Shown here in pieces: positions 47,764 through 56,858 of a stretch of DNA of 56,858 bases. This DNA comes from Hyphomicrobiales bacterium. GTDB lineage: Bacteria > Pseudomonadota > Alphaproteobacteria > Rhizobiales > Beijerinckiaceae. Both the position numbers and the translations under genes were made by a program. The notes beneath the pieces are model-generated. The model saw nothing but the letters and a program-made list of their open reading frames with translations. It had not been told where the DNA came from and searched no databases. The DNA lies in contig JANYFM010000002.1 of assembly GCA_025362655.1 (NCBI GenBank), positions 1-56,858 on the forward strand, in the 5' to 3' direction. The stretch's first letter is position 1. Each line of letters opens with the position of its first letter.

Positions 47764-48428
47764 GTTTCGACATCGGCATCCGCCACCGCGCCGGCGATTT
47801 CGCCCTGGACGTGTCCTTGTCACTGAAGGGGCCGGTTTCCGCGCTGTTCGGCCCCTCGGGGGCGGGCAAGACGACACTGCTGAATTTGCTGGCTGGCTTG
47901 GCGCGTCCCCGGGAAGGGCGCATCGTCATTGACGGCGAGCCGTGGTGCGACACCGCCGCTGATATATTTGTGCCGCCCCACCGCCGGCGCATCGGATATG
48001 TGTTTCAGGACGCGCGATTGTTTCCGCATTTGAGCGTGCGGCGGAATTTGAACTACGGCCGGTGGCTGGCGCGCGGGCGCGGCAAGACCGTCACTCTCGA
48101 TGAGGTCACGGCGCTGCTGGGACTGGAGCCTCTCTTGGCGCGCCGGCCGGGCGCCTTGTCAGGCGGCGAACAGCAGCGCGTCGCCATCGGGCGCGCGCTG
48201 CTGACGAACCCGCGGCTGATCCTGATGGATGAGCCGTTGTCCGCTCTCGATGCGGCGCGGCGGGCTGAGATTCTTCCTTTTATCGAAAGGCTGCGCGACC
48301 GCTTCGCGATTCCGATTGTCTATGTCAGCCATGCCATTGATGAGGTGGAGCGCATCGCCGACGAGATCGTCAGCCTTGAGGGCGGGCGTGTGACCGGAGT
48401 GCGGCGCGGCTTGCGGGCCGGGAAATGA
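47760..48428 (+). CDS. modC: Molybdate ABC ATP-binding protein (short, no TOBE/Mop domain)
   Basis: GPSGAGKT, IGYVFQDARLFPH, LSGGEQQR, MDEPLSALD. Confidence 0.92.
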   Translation: MSFDIGIRHRAGDFALDVSLSLKGPVSALFGPSGAGKTTLLNLLAGLARPREGRIVIDGEPWCDTAADIFVPPHRRRIGYVFQDARLFPHLSVRRNLNYGRWLARGRGKTVTLDEVTALLGLEPLLARRPGALSGGEQQRVAIGRALLTNPRLILMDEPLSALDAARRAEILPFIERLRDRFAIPIVYVSHAIDEVERIADEIVSLEGGRVTGVRRGLRAGK

Positions 48429-48432
48429 AAAA

Positions 48433-48789
48433 TCAGGCGCGGGGGACTTTGCGCGCTGACAACTTTTCGGCGAGTTCGGCGATTTTCAAGGCGTTGCCCT
48501 TGCCGGTCTCCGCCTCGATGGCGCGGTAGAGGCCCACGAGTCCTTTGCCGAAATCCGTCAGCAGGGCGTTGCCGCCGCCTTTGCCGCCCAGCCTTGTTTC
48601 CACGACAGGCTCGCGGAACATACCGTTGACCTCATCAAGCAGCAGCCAGGCGCGGCGGTAGGACATGTTCATGGCGCGCGCCGCGCCGGAAATGGACCCC
48701 TGCTCGCCGATCATCTCGATCAGCCGGATTTTTCCATGGCCGACATGGCGGCCGCCGTCGAAATCGATGCGGATGGTGAGGCGCGTCAT
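48433..48789 (-). CDS. modE: ModE N-terminal winged-helix regulator (no Mop domain)
   Basis: GSISGAARAMNMSYRRAW, GGKGGGNALLT. Confidence 0.85.
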   Translation of the reverse strand: MTRLTIRIDFDGGRHVGHGKIRLIEMIGEQGSISGAARAMNMSYRRAWLLLDEVNGMFREPVVETRLGGKGGGNALLTDFGKGLVGLYRAIEAETGKGNALKIAELAEKLSARKVPRA

Positions 48790-49292
48790 ACGGGGACCGC
48801 GGGAGGTTTGGGCACAGGCGCCTCGGGGCATTTTTCCGGCTTGATATCAATCAGCGGCGTGCCATCGACGCAATCAAGGCCGCGGACAATTAAATGGTCC
48901 TCATGCGCTTCGACGAGAGACACGAGGGACGAAGACACGGGATTGGGCCGTATCGGCGAGCGCAGGGCAAAGCTTCCCGAGGTCTCGCCATTGGAGCGCG
49001 GACTTTGTTCGACAAGATCGCGCCGCGCCAGATGCATCCAGTAGAGAATTTGCAGATGCGCGTGCCCGCCAATGCCTTTCAGCGCGGCGCGCCAGCGCGG
49101 ATCCACCTCCACCCGGCACAGGGGACCATCGACGAGGTCGCCTTGGCGGGGGCATTCGCGCCGCTCTTTCCATGGCGTGCGAAGCCGGCCGACGAAATAG
49201 AGGGACACGTCTCCGGCGGCGGGCAAATCAACCGCGGATTCGCCCGGACGCATCGCGCCCCGCGCAGGCAAAATCTCAGGAAGGGCCGTCAT
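48786..49292 (-). CDS. TsaA/TrmO-like SAM-binding protein
   Basis: GSFALRSPIRPNP, GLDCVDGTPLIDIKP. Confidence 0.9.
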   Translation of the reverse strand: MTALPEILPARGAMRPGESAVDLPAAGDVSLYFVGRLRTPWKERRECPRQGDLVDGPLCRVEVDPRWRAALKGIGGHAHLQILYWMHLARRDLVEQSPRSNGETSGSFALRSPIRPNPVSSSLVSLVEAHEDHLIVRGLDCVDGTPLIDIKPEKCPEAPVPKPPAVPV

Positions 49293-49352
49293 GCCTTGGT
49301 CTCCGGGCCGGGGCTGCATTGTACCGGCGCGCGCGGTCTTGTCACGCGAGGT

Positions 49353-50384
49353 TCAGTCCAAAATCTGCCCGCCGTCCCAACTCATGGAAAGCCGCCCGGT
49401 CATGACGCGGAACACATCGCTGTCGATGACTTTCGCGTAAAAACCGCGCAGCGTCGGCGCATCGAGATCATTGAGACCCGCCATGCCGGAGGCGAATTTT
49501 CCGCCGGGAAACAGCCGGGCGAGGATGCCCGCGCGCTGCTCGGCGGTCGGGCGCGATTCCGGATCGCCTTTCTCTCCAAACATGACGAGCTCAAGCAGCC
49601 GGCCGCGGTCCATCTTTGGGAGCCCGGCAAAAAAGGCGCCGGTCAGCTCTTTCGCGAAGGCATGATCGGGATGATCGTCGCGGAAGGGCGCCTGGTTGGT
49701 GTGGCCCAGATGCGGCACGACGAGCCATTCGGCCTTTTCGCGGGGAAAGCGCGCGATGATGTCCGGATTCTCTTTTGCCGCGTAGAAACGGTTGAGGCCG
49801 TCGAAAAGGACGAATTCGTAGCCCTGCGCCAGCAGCATCGGCTCCCATGATTGCCAGTTCTCCGCCATGGACCCGGGTGCCAGCGCCTCGCAGAGAATGA
49901 CGCGGGGGCGCCATTGGCTCCAATCGTTGCCGGCGAGAACGTCTCCTTCGGCGCCCTCGACATCGATTTTCAGGAAATCGATCCCGCTGACGGCGTGTTT
50001 CGCGCAAAGCGAGGCAAGCGTCTCCATCGGCGCCTTCCAGGTTTTGTAACCGGCGCCAAAATCAGCGGCCTTTTCAGCAAATTCCGTCACGATGGTGGAA
50101 AACCCGTGCAGGCGCTCGACCGCGTGAAATTCAACTTCGCCGCGTTCGCGCCCGAGAACGCAGCACTCGCGCTGATCGCGCGGGCGCACGAATTCATAAA
50201 GCGCGGCAAGCTGCGGCTGCGGCTCGACGACAATGCCGCGCCAGCCGCGCAGGTAGAACCAGCACGAGACATTGTCCGCGACGGGATGGCCCGCGCCGAC
50301 ATCGATATAGAAACCATCGCGTTTGCCGCCGAAGACGCGCGACAAATGATAATCCTCCAGATGCTGCGCGTAAGACAAATCCAT
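49353..50384 (-). CDS. FkbM family methyltransferase
   Basis: SYAQHLED, YIDVGAGHP, VEPQ, LKIDVEGAE. Confidence 0.9.
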   Translation of the reverse strand: MDLSYAQHLEDYHLSRVFGGKRDGFYIDVGAGHPVADNVSCWFYLRGWRGIVVEPQPQLAALYEFVRPRDQRECCVLGRERGEVEFHAVERLHGFSTIVTEFAEKAADFGAGYKTWKAPMETLASLCAKHAVSGIDFLKIDVEGAEGDVLAGNDWSQWRPRVILCEALAPGSMAENWQSWEPMLLAQGYEFVLFDGLNRFYAAKENPDIIARFPREKAEWLVVPHLGHTNQAPFRDDHPDHAFAKELTGAFFAGLPKMDRGRLLELVMFGEKGDPESRPTAEQRAGILARLFPGGKFASGMAGLNDLDAPTLRGFYAKVIDSDVFRVMTGRLSMSWDGGQILD

Positions 50385-50537
50385 GTGGCCGAACCTCCGC
50401 CGCGATATTTTCAGGCCGTCCTATACAGGAAATCGGACAGAAATGTGCGGCGGGATGCAAACGCGGCGGGCGCGCCCTTGCGCCAGGAGCCGGGATCGGG
50501 AATTCTGCGTGAATTGCTGGGGCGGGAGGGGACAGGG

Positions 50538-52631
50538 TTGAGCCATCCAATCGGCGCGCGCGCGACGTTCAAATCTCCGCTGCCCGTGCTTAATCCGGCA
50601 TCCGTCGCCATCGTTGGCGCTTCGGAGCGGGCGCGCTGGCCGCAGGAAATTCACGCCAATCTGAAGGCCGCCGGATATCCCGGGCCGATCTATCCGATCA
50701 ACCCCCGTCTAAAGGAATTGTGGGGCGGGCCCTGCTATCCCGATCTGGCATCGCTGCCGCGCCCCGCGGCGCACGCGCTCATCATCGTGCCGGCGCCCGC
50801 TGTTCTGGAAGCGCTGGAAAAAGGCGTTGCGGCCGGGCTGAAAAGCGCGACTGTCTACGCCGGCAATATCGGCGAGGGCTCTGACCCGGAAATTGTGGCG
50901 CGCGGCGAGGCTCTGCGCGCGCTGGTGGCGCGCAGCGGCCTTGCGGTCAACGGACCCAATTGCATGGGCGGCAACGCGCTGCGCGAACGCTTTTTCGGCT
51001 ATCCCAACGCCGACTTTGTGTCATTGCCGCCGGGCACGGTCGCCTGCGTTTCGCAATCCGGCGGCACCATGCAGTTCCTGTGCAAGACGGCGGCGGAGCG
51101 CGGCGTCAAATTCAGCCACATGTTCTCCAGCGGCAATGAGATCGATCTGGATCTCGCCGATTTCGTCGATTATTTCACCGACGAGCCCCACACGAAAATC
51201 ATCGCGCTTTTCATCGAGGGCATCCGCCGGCCGCAGATGTTTATGCGGGCGGCCGCCCGGGCGCTTGCCGCCGGCAAGCCGATAATCGCCATCAAGACTG
51301 GAAAATCACAAAAATCGCGCGACGCCGCGCAGTCGCACACCGGCGCCATCGCCGGGGATTACGACGGTTTTCTGGCGATGTGCGGCCGCCACGGAATTGT
51401 GGCGGTGGATTCGCTCGACGACATGGTCGAGACGATGCTGGTCTTTCAGGGCGGGCGCACGGCGGGCGGAAACCGCGTCGGGTGGGTGACGACATCGGGG
51501 GGCACCGTTGATCTGCTGCACGATTATATCGAGGCGGCCGGCGGCATTGTTTCGCCGGAATTCAGCGCGGCGACGAAAAGCAAAATCCGCCATCTCGTGC
51601 CGCCCGATCTCGCGCTGAAAAATCCGCTCGACGCGGGCATTCCATCAACCGACGCCAATGCGGTTGAGATGTGCGCCGCCGTCGCCGCCGATCCCGGCGT
51701 CGATATTCTCGCCTGGGCCGCTGTGCTGCCAGGCGGCAGGCGCGCCTCCGACGCGAAAGCTTTGAGAGCCATTGTTGATTCCACGAGCAAGCCGGTCGTC
51801 GCCTTCGGGCGCATGGCATACGCGCTCGGCCCGGAGGCGCTCGCTTTTCAGGACGAGGCCGGGTTCCCCTATTTGCAGGGCTTGCCGGCAACGGTGCGCG
51901 CGCTCGGCGCGCTGGCCTTTCACGGGGCGCGCAGCGGGCGCGGGACGCCCGCGCTGCCCGAGCCCCGGGGAGCGGCGGCGGCTATCGAAGGCGACGGCCC
52001 CGCGGCAGCTTTGGCGGCCCGCGGCCTGCCCGCGCCGCGCAGCGCGTTTGCGGCAACGCCGCGCGGCGCCGGCGAGGCGGCGGCGCGCATCGGTTTTCCA
52101 GCCGCGGTCAAAATCGTGTCCCCCCAATTCAGCCACAAGACCGAAATCGGCGGCGTGAGGCTGGGCCTTGCGTCGCGCGAAGCGGCGGAGCGCGCCGCGG
52201 AGGAGATGGAGCGCGCCCTGCGCGCCATCGCGCCGGACGCGCTTATTGAAGGATTTCTGATTCAGGAAATGGTTTCCGGAGTGGAAATGATTCTTGGCGT
52301 GCGCGAAGATCCGCTTTACGGGCCGTTGATGCTCGCCGGCGCCGGGGGAATATTCGTCGAGCTGATGCGCGACACGGCGTTCCGGCTGCTGCCTTTGAGC
52401 GCGAATGATGCGCGCGCCATGCTTGCGGGGTTGCGGGTGTCGAAGCTGCTGGATGGTTTTCGGGGCCAGCCGGCGGCGGACGTTGACGCGCTTGTCGGCG
52501 CGATGCTGGGATTGTCGGATTTTTACCTGGATCACCGGCAGTGGCTCTCCGGCATTGAGATCAATCCGCTGATTGTGCTGGCCCGCGGGCTCGGCGCGCG
52601 GGCAGTGGACACGCGGATCACGCGGCGCTGA
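50538..52631 (+). CDS. ADP-forming acetate/acyl-CoA ligase family protein; start approximate
   Basis: SVAIVGAS, GPNCMG, SQSGG, SSGNEID, SHTGA, HKTEIGGV, EINPL. Confidence 0.92.
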   Translation: MSHPIGARATFKSPLPVLNPASVAIVGASERARWPQEIHANLKAAGYPGPIYPINPRLKELWGGPCYPDLASLPRPAAHALIIVPAPAVLEALEKGVAAGLKSATVYAGNIGEGSDPEIVARGEALRALVARSGLAVNGPNCMGGNALRERFFGYPNADFVSLPPGTVACVSQSGGTMQFLCKTAAERGVKFSHMFSSGNEIDLDLADFVDYFTDEPHTKIIALFIEGIRRPQMFMRAAARALAAGKPIIAIKTGKSQKSRDAAQSHTGAIAGDYDGFLAMCGRHGIVAVDSLDDMVETMLVFQGGRTAGGNRVGWVTTSGGTVDLLHDYIEAAGGIVSPEFSAATKSKIRHLVPPDLALKNPLDAGIPSTDANAVEMCAAVAADPGVDILAWAAVLPGGRRASDAKALRAIVDSTSKPVVAFGRMAYALGPEALAFQDEAGFPYLQGLPATVRALGALAFHGARSGRGTPALPEPRGAAAAIEGDGPAAALAARGLPAPRSAFAATPRGAGEAAARIGFPAAVKIVSPQFSHKTEIGGVRLGLASREAAERAAEEMERALRAIAPDALIEGFLIQEMVSGVEMILGVREDPLYGPLMLAGAGGIFVELMRDTAFRLLPLSANDARAMLAGLRVSKLLDGFRGQPAADVDALVGAMLGLSDFYLDHRQWLSGIEINPLIVLARGLGARAVDTRITRR

Positions 52632-52642
52632 TGGAGGAAACA

Positions 52643-53797
52643 ATGGATTTCACGCTGCCCGGGGAACTGCGCATGCTGCGCGACAATCTGCGCCGCTATG
52701 TCGACCGCGAAATGATTCCCGTTGAGCGGGAATCGACCGGCGAGGAAGAGGATTTGAAGCCGGAATGGAAAGCCAAATTCCAGCAGGGCATGAAAGACCT
52801 CGGCCTGTGGAAATATGACATACCCCTCGAATACGGCGGCCAGGGCCTCGGCATTCTCGCGCGCTGCGTGATCTGGGAGGAACTGGCGCGCACCATCGCG
52901 GTGCCGGCGCGCCATTCGGAAATCACCGGGCCGAGCGTTCGGGCGATCCTGTTCGATCTGCCGGAGCCGATGAAACAAAAATATCTTTATCCCGTGCTGG
53001 AGGGAAAGAAACATTCGTGCTTTGGCCAGACGGAGCCCGAAGCCGGATCGGACCCCGGCGCGATGCGCATGACGGCGGTCCGGGAGGGCGGCGACTATGT
53101 GATCAACGGCACCAAGCGTTTCATCACCGGCGCGGACAAAGCGGATTTCATTCAACTGATGGCCGCCACCGACCGCGCCAAAGGCTCGCGCGGCGGGATA
53201 TCCTGCTTTCTTGTGGATATGGACACGCCCGGCGTGAAAATTACCGCGCGCTATAAAACCATGATGGGCGACCGGCCCTGCGAAATCCATTTCGACAACG
53301 TCCGCGTGCCCGCCGCGCAGCGTGTCGGCGAGGAGGGGGGCGGTTTCAAAATCGGCCAGAAATGGCTCGGCGTCGGGCGCGTGCATCACGGCGCCCGCGC
53401 GCTGGGCGTGGCGGAGCGCTGCCTTGCCTTGGCGACAGCTTACGCGAAGCAGCGCGTCACCTTTGGGCAGCCGCTATCCCAGCGCCAGTCGATTCAGTTC
53501 ATGCTGGTGGATACTTTCATCGAGTTGAAAGCGGCGCGCCTGATGGTGTGGGAGGCGGCCTGCAAAATGGACCGGGGCGAAGACGCCCGCAACGACTGCT
53601 ACATCGCCAAAACCTGGGCGGATGAAATGGCCTTCAAAGCGGCCGACCGCTGCATGCAGATTCACGGCGGCATCGGCCTGACAACGGACCTGCCGATTGA
53701 GCGGATGTGGCGCCAGCAGCGCTCCTACAGGATCACCGAAGGGGCGACCGAAGTGATGAAAATGGTCATCGCGCGGCACGTGCTGCAAGCCTATTGA
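52643..53797 (+). CDS. Acyl-CoA dehydrogenase family protein
   Basis: QTEPEAGSD, INGTKRFIT, QIHGGIG, RITEGATEV; GGAGG RBS. Confidence 0.94.
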   Translation: MDFTLPGELRMLRDNLRRYVDREMIPVERESTGEEEDLKPEWKAKFQQGMKDLGLWKYDIPLEYGGQGLGILARCVIWEELARTIAVPARHSEITGPSVRAILFDLPEPMKQKYLYPVLEGKKHSCFGQTEPEAGSDPGAMRMTAVREGGDYVINGTKRFITGADKADFIQLMAATDRAKGSRGGISCFLVDMDTPGVKITARYKTMMGDRPCEIHFDNVRVPAAQRVGEEGGGFKIGQKWLGVGRVHHGARALGVAERCLALATAYAKQRVTFGQPLSQRQSIQFMLVDTFIELKAARLMVWEAACKMDRGEDARNDCYIAKTWADEMAFKAADRCMQIHGGIGLTTDLPIERMWRQQRSYRITEGATEVMKMVIARHVLQAY

Positions 53798-53813
53798 AGC
53801 GCGCGGGGCGGGG

Positions 53814-54866
53814 TCAGCGGGCCCGCGCGCCGAAAATCTCCTTGAATAGCTTTTGCCATTTGTCGCCGCCGTCGAGAGCGCGCGCGTAATCAATATAGAC
53901 GGCGGATTCCGGCTCAGACCGTATCTTAATATTGGTGGGGTGCGTGTCCTGCGTGACGTAAATCGCCTGGCCTTCTGTGAGCATAAAATCGAAGAACAGC
54001 AGCGCGGCATGGGGATGCGGCGCTTTTTGCGAGAGGCCGATGCCGATCGGATGGATAACGGCGGGCGGCATGCCGATCGTATCGATGGGGGCGCCCTTGC
54101 GCTTCATTTGATCGACTTTGTATTTGTATACACCGAGCGCGACCGGCACCTCGCCCGACGCCGTCAGATTGGCAATCAGCGTGTGCCCCTTGCGCATGGA
54201 CATGCCGTTTTTGCCGACAATATCGCGCCACATGGCGAGGCCTTTTTCCACGCCCATCCATTCCGTCACAGCGGCGAACCATTCGGAATCATCGAGCTCG
54301 ATCCCCAGCTTTCCCTTGAAGCGCGGCGCGGCAAGCTCTTCATAGGATTTTGGCAAATCCTGACGGCGCACCGCGTTGGTGTTATACGCGGAGATGTGCA
54401 TCTGAAAACGGGTGCCGGTCCAGGCGCCGCCGGCGAATTTCGCTTTGGGCGAAATATCCTCCAGCGCCGGGGAGCGGACAATTTGCAGAATATCCTCGCG
54501 AAAAGCGGCCTCCATCGTGCCGCCGCTGGTCTCCAGCAAATCAAATTCGTGCCGGCCGCCGCGCGTTTCCGCGACGCTGCGCTGCAAAATGCTCTCGGAA
54601 TCGCCGCGCCAGAATTTCACTTTGAGGCCGTATTTCGCCTCGAAAGCCTGAATATGCTCGCGCATATCCTCCGTCGTGGCCGAGGAATACAGCGTCAGGC
54701 CGCCCTCGCGTCTTGCCCCCTCCAGCAGACGCGCCTGACGGTCCGCGCCCGTGTAAAGAGCCAAATCAGCGACGGAGGACTGCGCCTTCGCGCTTTGCGA
54801 GGCGCCGGCCGTCAGCGCAGCGGCGGCCAATGCGGCGGCCCGAGCGGTGTTATGCGACCAGGCCAT
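53814..54866 (-). CDS. Extracellular solute-binding protein (Fe3+/thiamine AfuA-like ABC family)
   Basis: Signal peptide, EGGLTLYSS, YNTN..PKSYEEL..FKGK, APHPHAALLF. Confidence 0.85.
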   Translation of the reverse strand: MAWSHNTARAAALAAAALTAGASQSAKAQSSVADLALYTGADRQARLLEGARREGGLTLYSSATTEDMREHIQAFEAKYGLKVKFWRGDSESILQRSVAETRGGRHEFDLLETSGGTMEAAFREDILQIVRSPALEDISPKAKFAGGAWTGTRFQMHISAYNTNAVRRQDLPKSYEELAAPRFKGKLGIELDDSEWFAAVTEWMGVEKGLAMWRDIVGKNGMSMRKGHTLIANLTASGEVPVALGVYKYKVDQMKRKGAPIDTIGMPPAVIHPIGIGLSQKAPHPHAALLFFDFMLTEGQAIYVTQDTHPTNIKIRSEPESAVYIDYARALDGGDKWQKLFKEIFGARAR

Positions 54867-55014
54867 GGCAGTCTCCCCGCGGCGCCCGCGCGCGCCGCCG
54901 CGCCCGGATTTACGCGGAAAGCTAGGCAAGCGTCCAGGCGCCGTCAATGCCAGGGGATTGTCGCGCGCCGCGCGGCTCTGGTAGCCTTTGCGCGGCAACC
55001 CCCGGAGACGCGCC

Positions 55015-55539
55015 ATGGCCTATGATCTTGCTGAATTCTGCGCGGAGGCGCGCCTTTGTTTGACACAGTCGCCGCTTGCTGAAGCGCTCGAAGCGATTTC
55101 CGCAAGCCTCCGCCGGCTGCTGGCCAGCCCGGACTTTATCGCTTCGGCTTTCGCCGGCGACCCGCCTCCGGGCAAACGCGAGCTGTTCCGCGACGCTGAC
55201 ACGGACTTTCGCGTGCTGGCCCATGTGCAGGCGCCGGGCAAGGCCGGCAAGCCCCATAGCCACGGGGCATCATGGGCCGTCTACGGCGCCGCAATGGGGT
55301 CCACCGGCATGGCCGAGTGGCGGCGTGTCAATGACGGGGCCGGCGAGGCGCATGTTCTGGCAAAGACCGGCGCCTATACCCTGGATGCGGGTCAGACCCG
55401 CGCTTACGGCCCGGGCGTGATTCACTCAACCTCGCATCCCCGCAAAGCATGGGTCATCCGCGTGACCGGAACCGACCTTGACAGCCTCCCGCGATACCGT
55501 TTCCGCGAAACCCGGGACACAATCCTGACGGAAGCCTGA
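55015..55539 (+). CDS. Cupin-fold protein (thiol dioxygenase-like His motif)
   Basis: PHSHG..WAVYG and distal GVIHST; ATG after GGAG. Confidence 0.65.
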   Translation: MAYDLAEFCAEARLCLTQSPLAEALEAISASLRRLLASPDFIASAFAGDPPPGKRELFRDADTDFRVLAHVQAPGKAGKPHSHGASWAVYGAAMGSTGMAEWRRVNDGAGEAHVLAKTGAYTLDAGQTRAYGPGVIHSTSHPRKAWVIRVTGTDLDSLPRYRFRETRDTILTEA

Positions 55540-55543
55540 CAGA

Positions 55544-56858
55544 TCAGCGGCGGGGGTTTGCCGCGGTGCGCGGAAAGCCCTCGCGCAGCATCCGCGCGAC
55601 CTCGGCGGCGGGCCTCGGCTCGCTGAAATAAAATCCCTGCACCTCGACACAGCCTTCGGCGCGAAGATAGGCGAGTTGATCGCGGGTCTCGACTCCCTCG
55701 GCGGTGGTGGTCATGCCAAGGCCGCGGCCGAGACTGAGCACGGCGCGGATGATGGCGGCGGAATCCGGGCTGCGCTCGAGATCGCTGACGAAAGAGCGGT
55801 CGATTTTGATTTTGTCGAAGGGAAAACTGCGCAGATTGCCGAGCGAGGAATAACCGGTGCCGAAATCATCCATTGAAATCCGCACGCCGAGCGCCTTGAT
55901 CTCGGTCAGCATTTGAAGGTTCGCCGTGGTGTCCCGCAGCAGCAGGGATTCCGTGACCTCCAGCTCCAGACGGCTTGGAGGCAGGCCGCTCTCGTCAAGA
56001 ATGCGTTTGATGTTCCGCACGAGGTCGCGGTCTTTGAACTGCGCCGGCGACAGGTTCACCGCGACGCGGACGGAGCTTGGCCATTGCGCCGCCTCCCCGC
56101 AGGCGCGGCGCAGCACCCATTCGCCGATTTTTATGATGATGCCCGTCTCCTCGGCGAGGGAGATGAAATCCAGCGGCGAAATCAGCCCGCGCGTCGGGTG
56201 GCGCCAGCGCACCAGCGCTTCGGCGCCCATCACCTCCTCGGTGTAAACGTCCATCAGCGGCTGGAAGAACAGCTCCAGCTCATCGCGCTCCAGCGCCATC
56301 CGCAAATCGTTCTCCAGAATGCGCCGCTTTTGCGCGACGGCGTCCATTTCGGTTTCAAAAAAGCGGAAGGTGTTGCGGCCGTCGGATTTGGCGCGGTAGA
56401 GCGCGAGATCGGCGCTCTTCATCAGCAGGTCGGGATCGGTTTCATCGCCCGGCAGTGTGAAGGCGACGCCGATGCTTGTGGTCGTGACTATATGCTGGCC
56501 GCGGATGATCACCGGCTCGGCCAGCGCGTGCAGAATGCGCCAGGCAATGCCCGTGACGGTCTCGACAGTGACATTCTCGCTGACAACAACGGAGAACTCA
56601 TCGCCGCCGAGGCGCGCGGCGGAATCAGCATCGCGGATGTTTTCCTTGATGCGGCGGGCGACCTCGACCAGCAGCTCGTCCCCGACGGGATGGCCAAGCG
56701 TGTCGTTGACATATTTGAAGCCGTCGAGATCGAGGCAGAGAACCGCGAGGCACTCATTGGCGCGGCGCGAGCGCACGAGATCGTCATTCAGCCTCTGGCG
56801 GAACGAGGCGCGGTTGGGCAGGCCCGTGAGCACGTCGTGATAGGCGAGATGATGGATG
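55544..56858 (-). CDS. GGDEF-EAL protein (5' end outside the window)
   Basis: HDVLTGLPNR, RDAD I-site, GGDEF, EAL, DDFGTGYSS. Confidence 0.94.
   Translation of the reverse strand, partial: IHHLAYHDVLTGLPNRASFRQRLNDDLVRSRRANECLAVLCLDLDGFKYVNDTLGHPVGDELLVEVARRIKENIRDADSAARLGGDEFSVVVSENVTVETVTGIAWRILHALAEPVIIRGQHIVTTTSIGVAFTLPGDETDPDLLMKSADLALYRAKSDGRNTFRFFETEMDAVAQKRRILENDLRMALERDELELFFQPLMDVYTEEVMGAEALVRWRHPTRGLISPLDFISLAEETGIIIKIGEWVLRRACGEAAQWPSSVRVAVNLSPAQFKDRDLVRNIKRILDESGLPPSRLELEVTESLLLRDTTANLQMLTEIKALGVRISMDDFGTGYSSLGNLRSFPFDKIKIDRSFVSDLERSPDSAAIIRAVLSLGRGLGMTTTAEGVETRDQLAYLRAEGCVEVQGFYFSEPRPAAEVARMLREGFPRTAANPRR

Noticed and set aside
49851-52631. 926-aa acyl-CoA ligase
   Set aside because: The N-terminal part is antisense to the FkbM gene; family motifs begin after about 50538

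Overview
GC-rich chromosomal segment that looks alphaproteobacterial (Hyphomicrobiales-like gene content, CtrA-type boxes). A housekeeping backbone (purD, xseA, rpsT-dnaA, tRNA-Arg(CCG), RsmC/RsuA-like RNA modifiers, DEAD-box helicase, pyrE, hemW, modBC/modE) is interleaved with small catabolic and transport cassettes. These include two orphan xanthine-dehydrogenase-family Mo large subunits, extradiol and intradiol ring-cleavage dioxygenases, a MetE-like protein, an acyl-CoA ligase/dehydrogenase pair and several orphan solute-binding proteins. The most distinctive loci are: (i) a stripped-down sox module (non-canonical SoxY ending AACLEDL, SoxZ, diheme SoxA, no soxX/B/CD in the window); (ii) a cytoplasmic arylsulfotransferase-like enzyme with an altered active-site motif, in an operon with a sulfonate-type ABC importer, behind a sigma54-like promoter whose -12 half is tandemly repeated; (iii) a 1.1-kb structured rpsT-dnaA intergenic region with a perfect CtrA box and possible uORFs; (iv) a frameshifted FeS-type photolyase with an unannotated DUF2256 gene. 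No CRISPR array, transposase, integrase or rRNA was seen. All calls come from motif recognition by eye; no searches were run.
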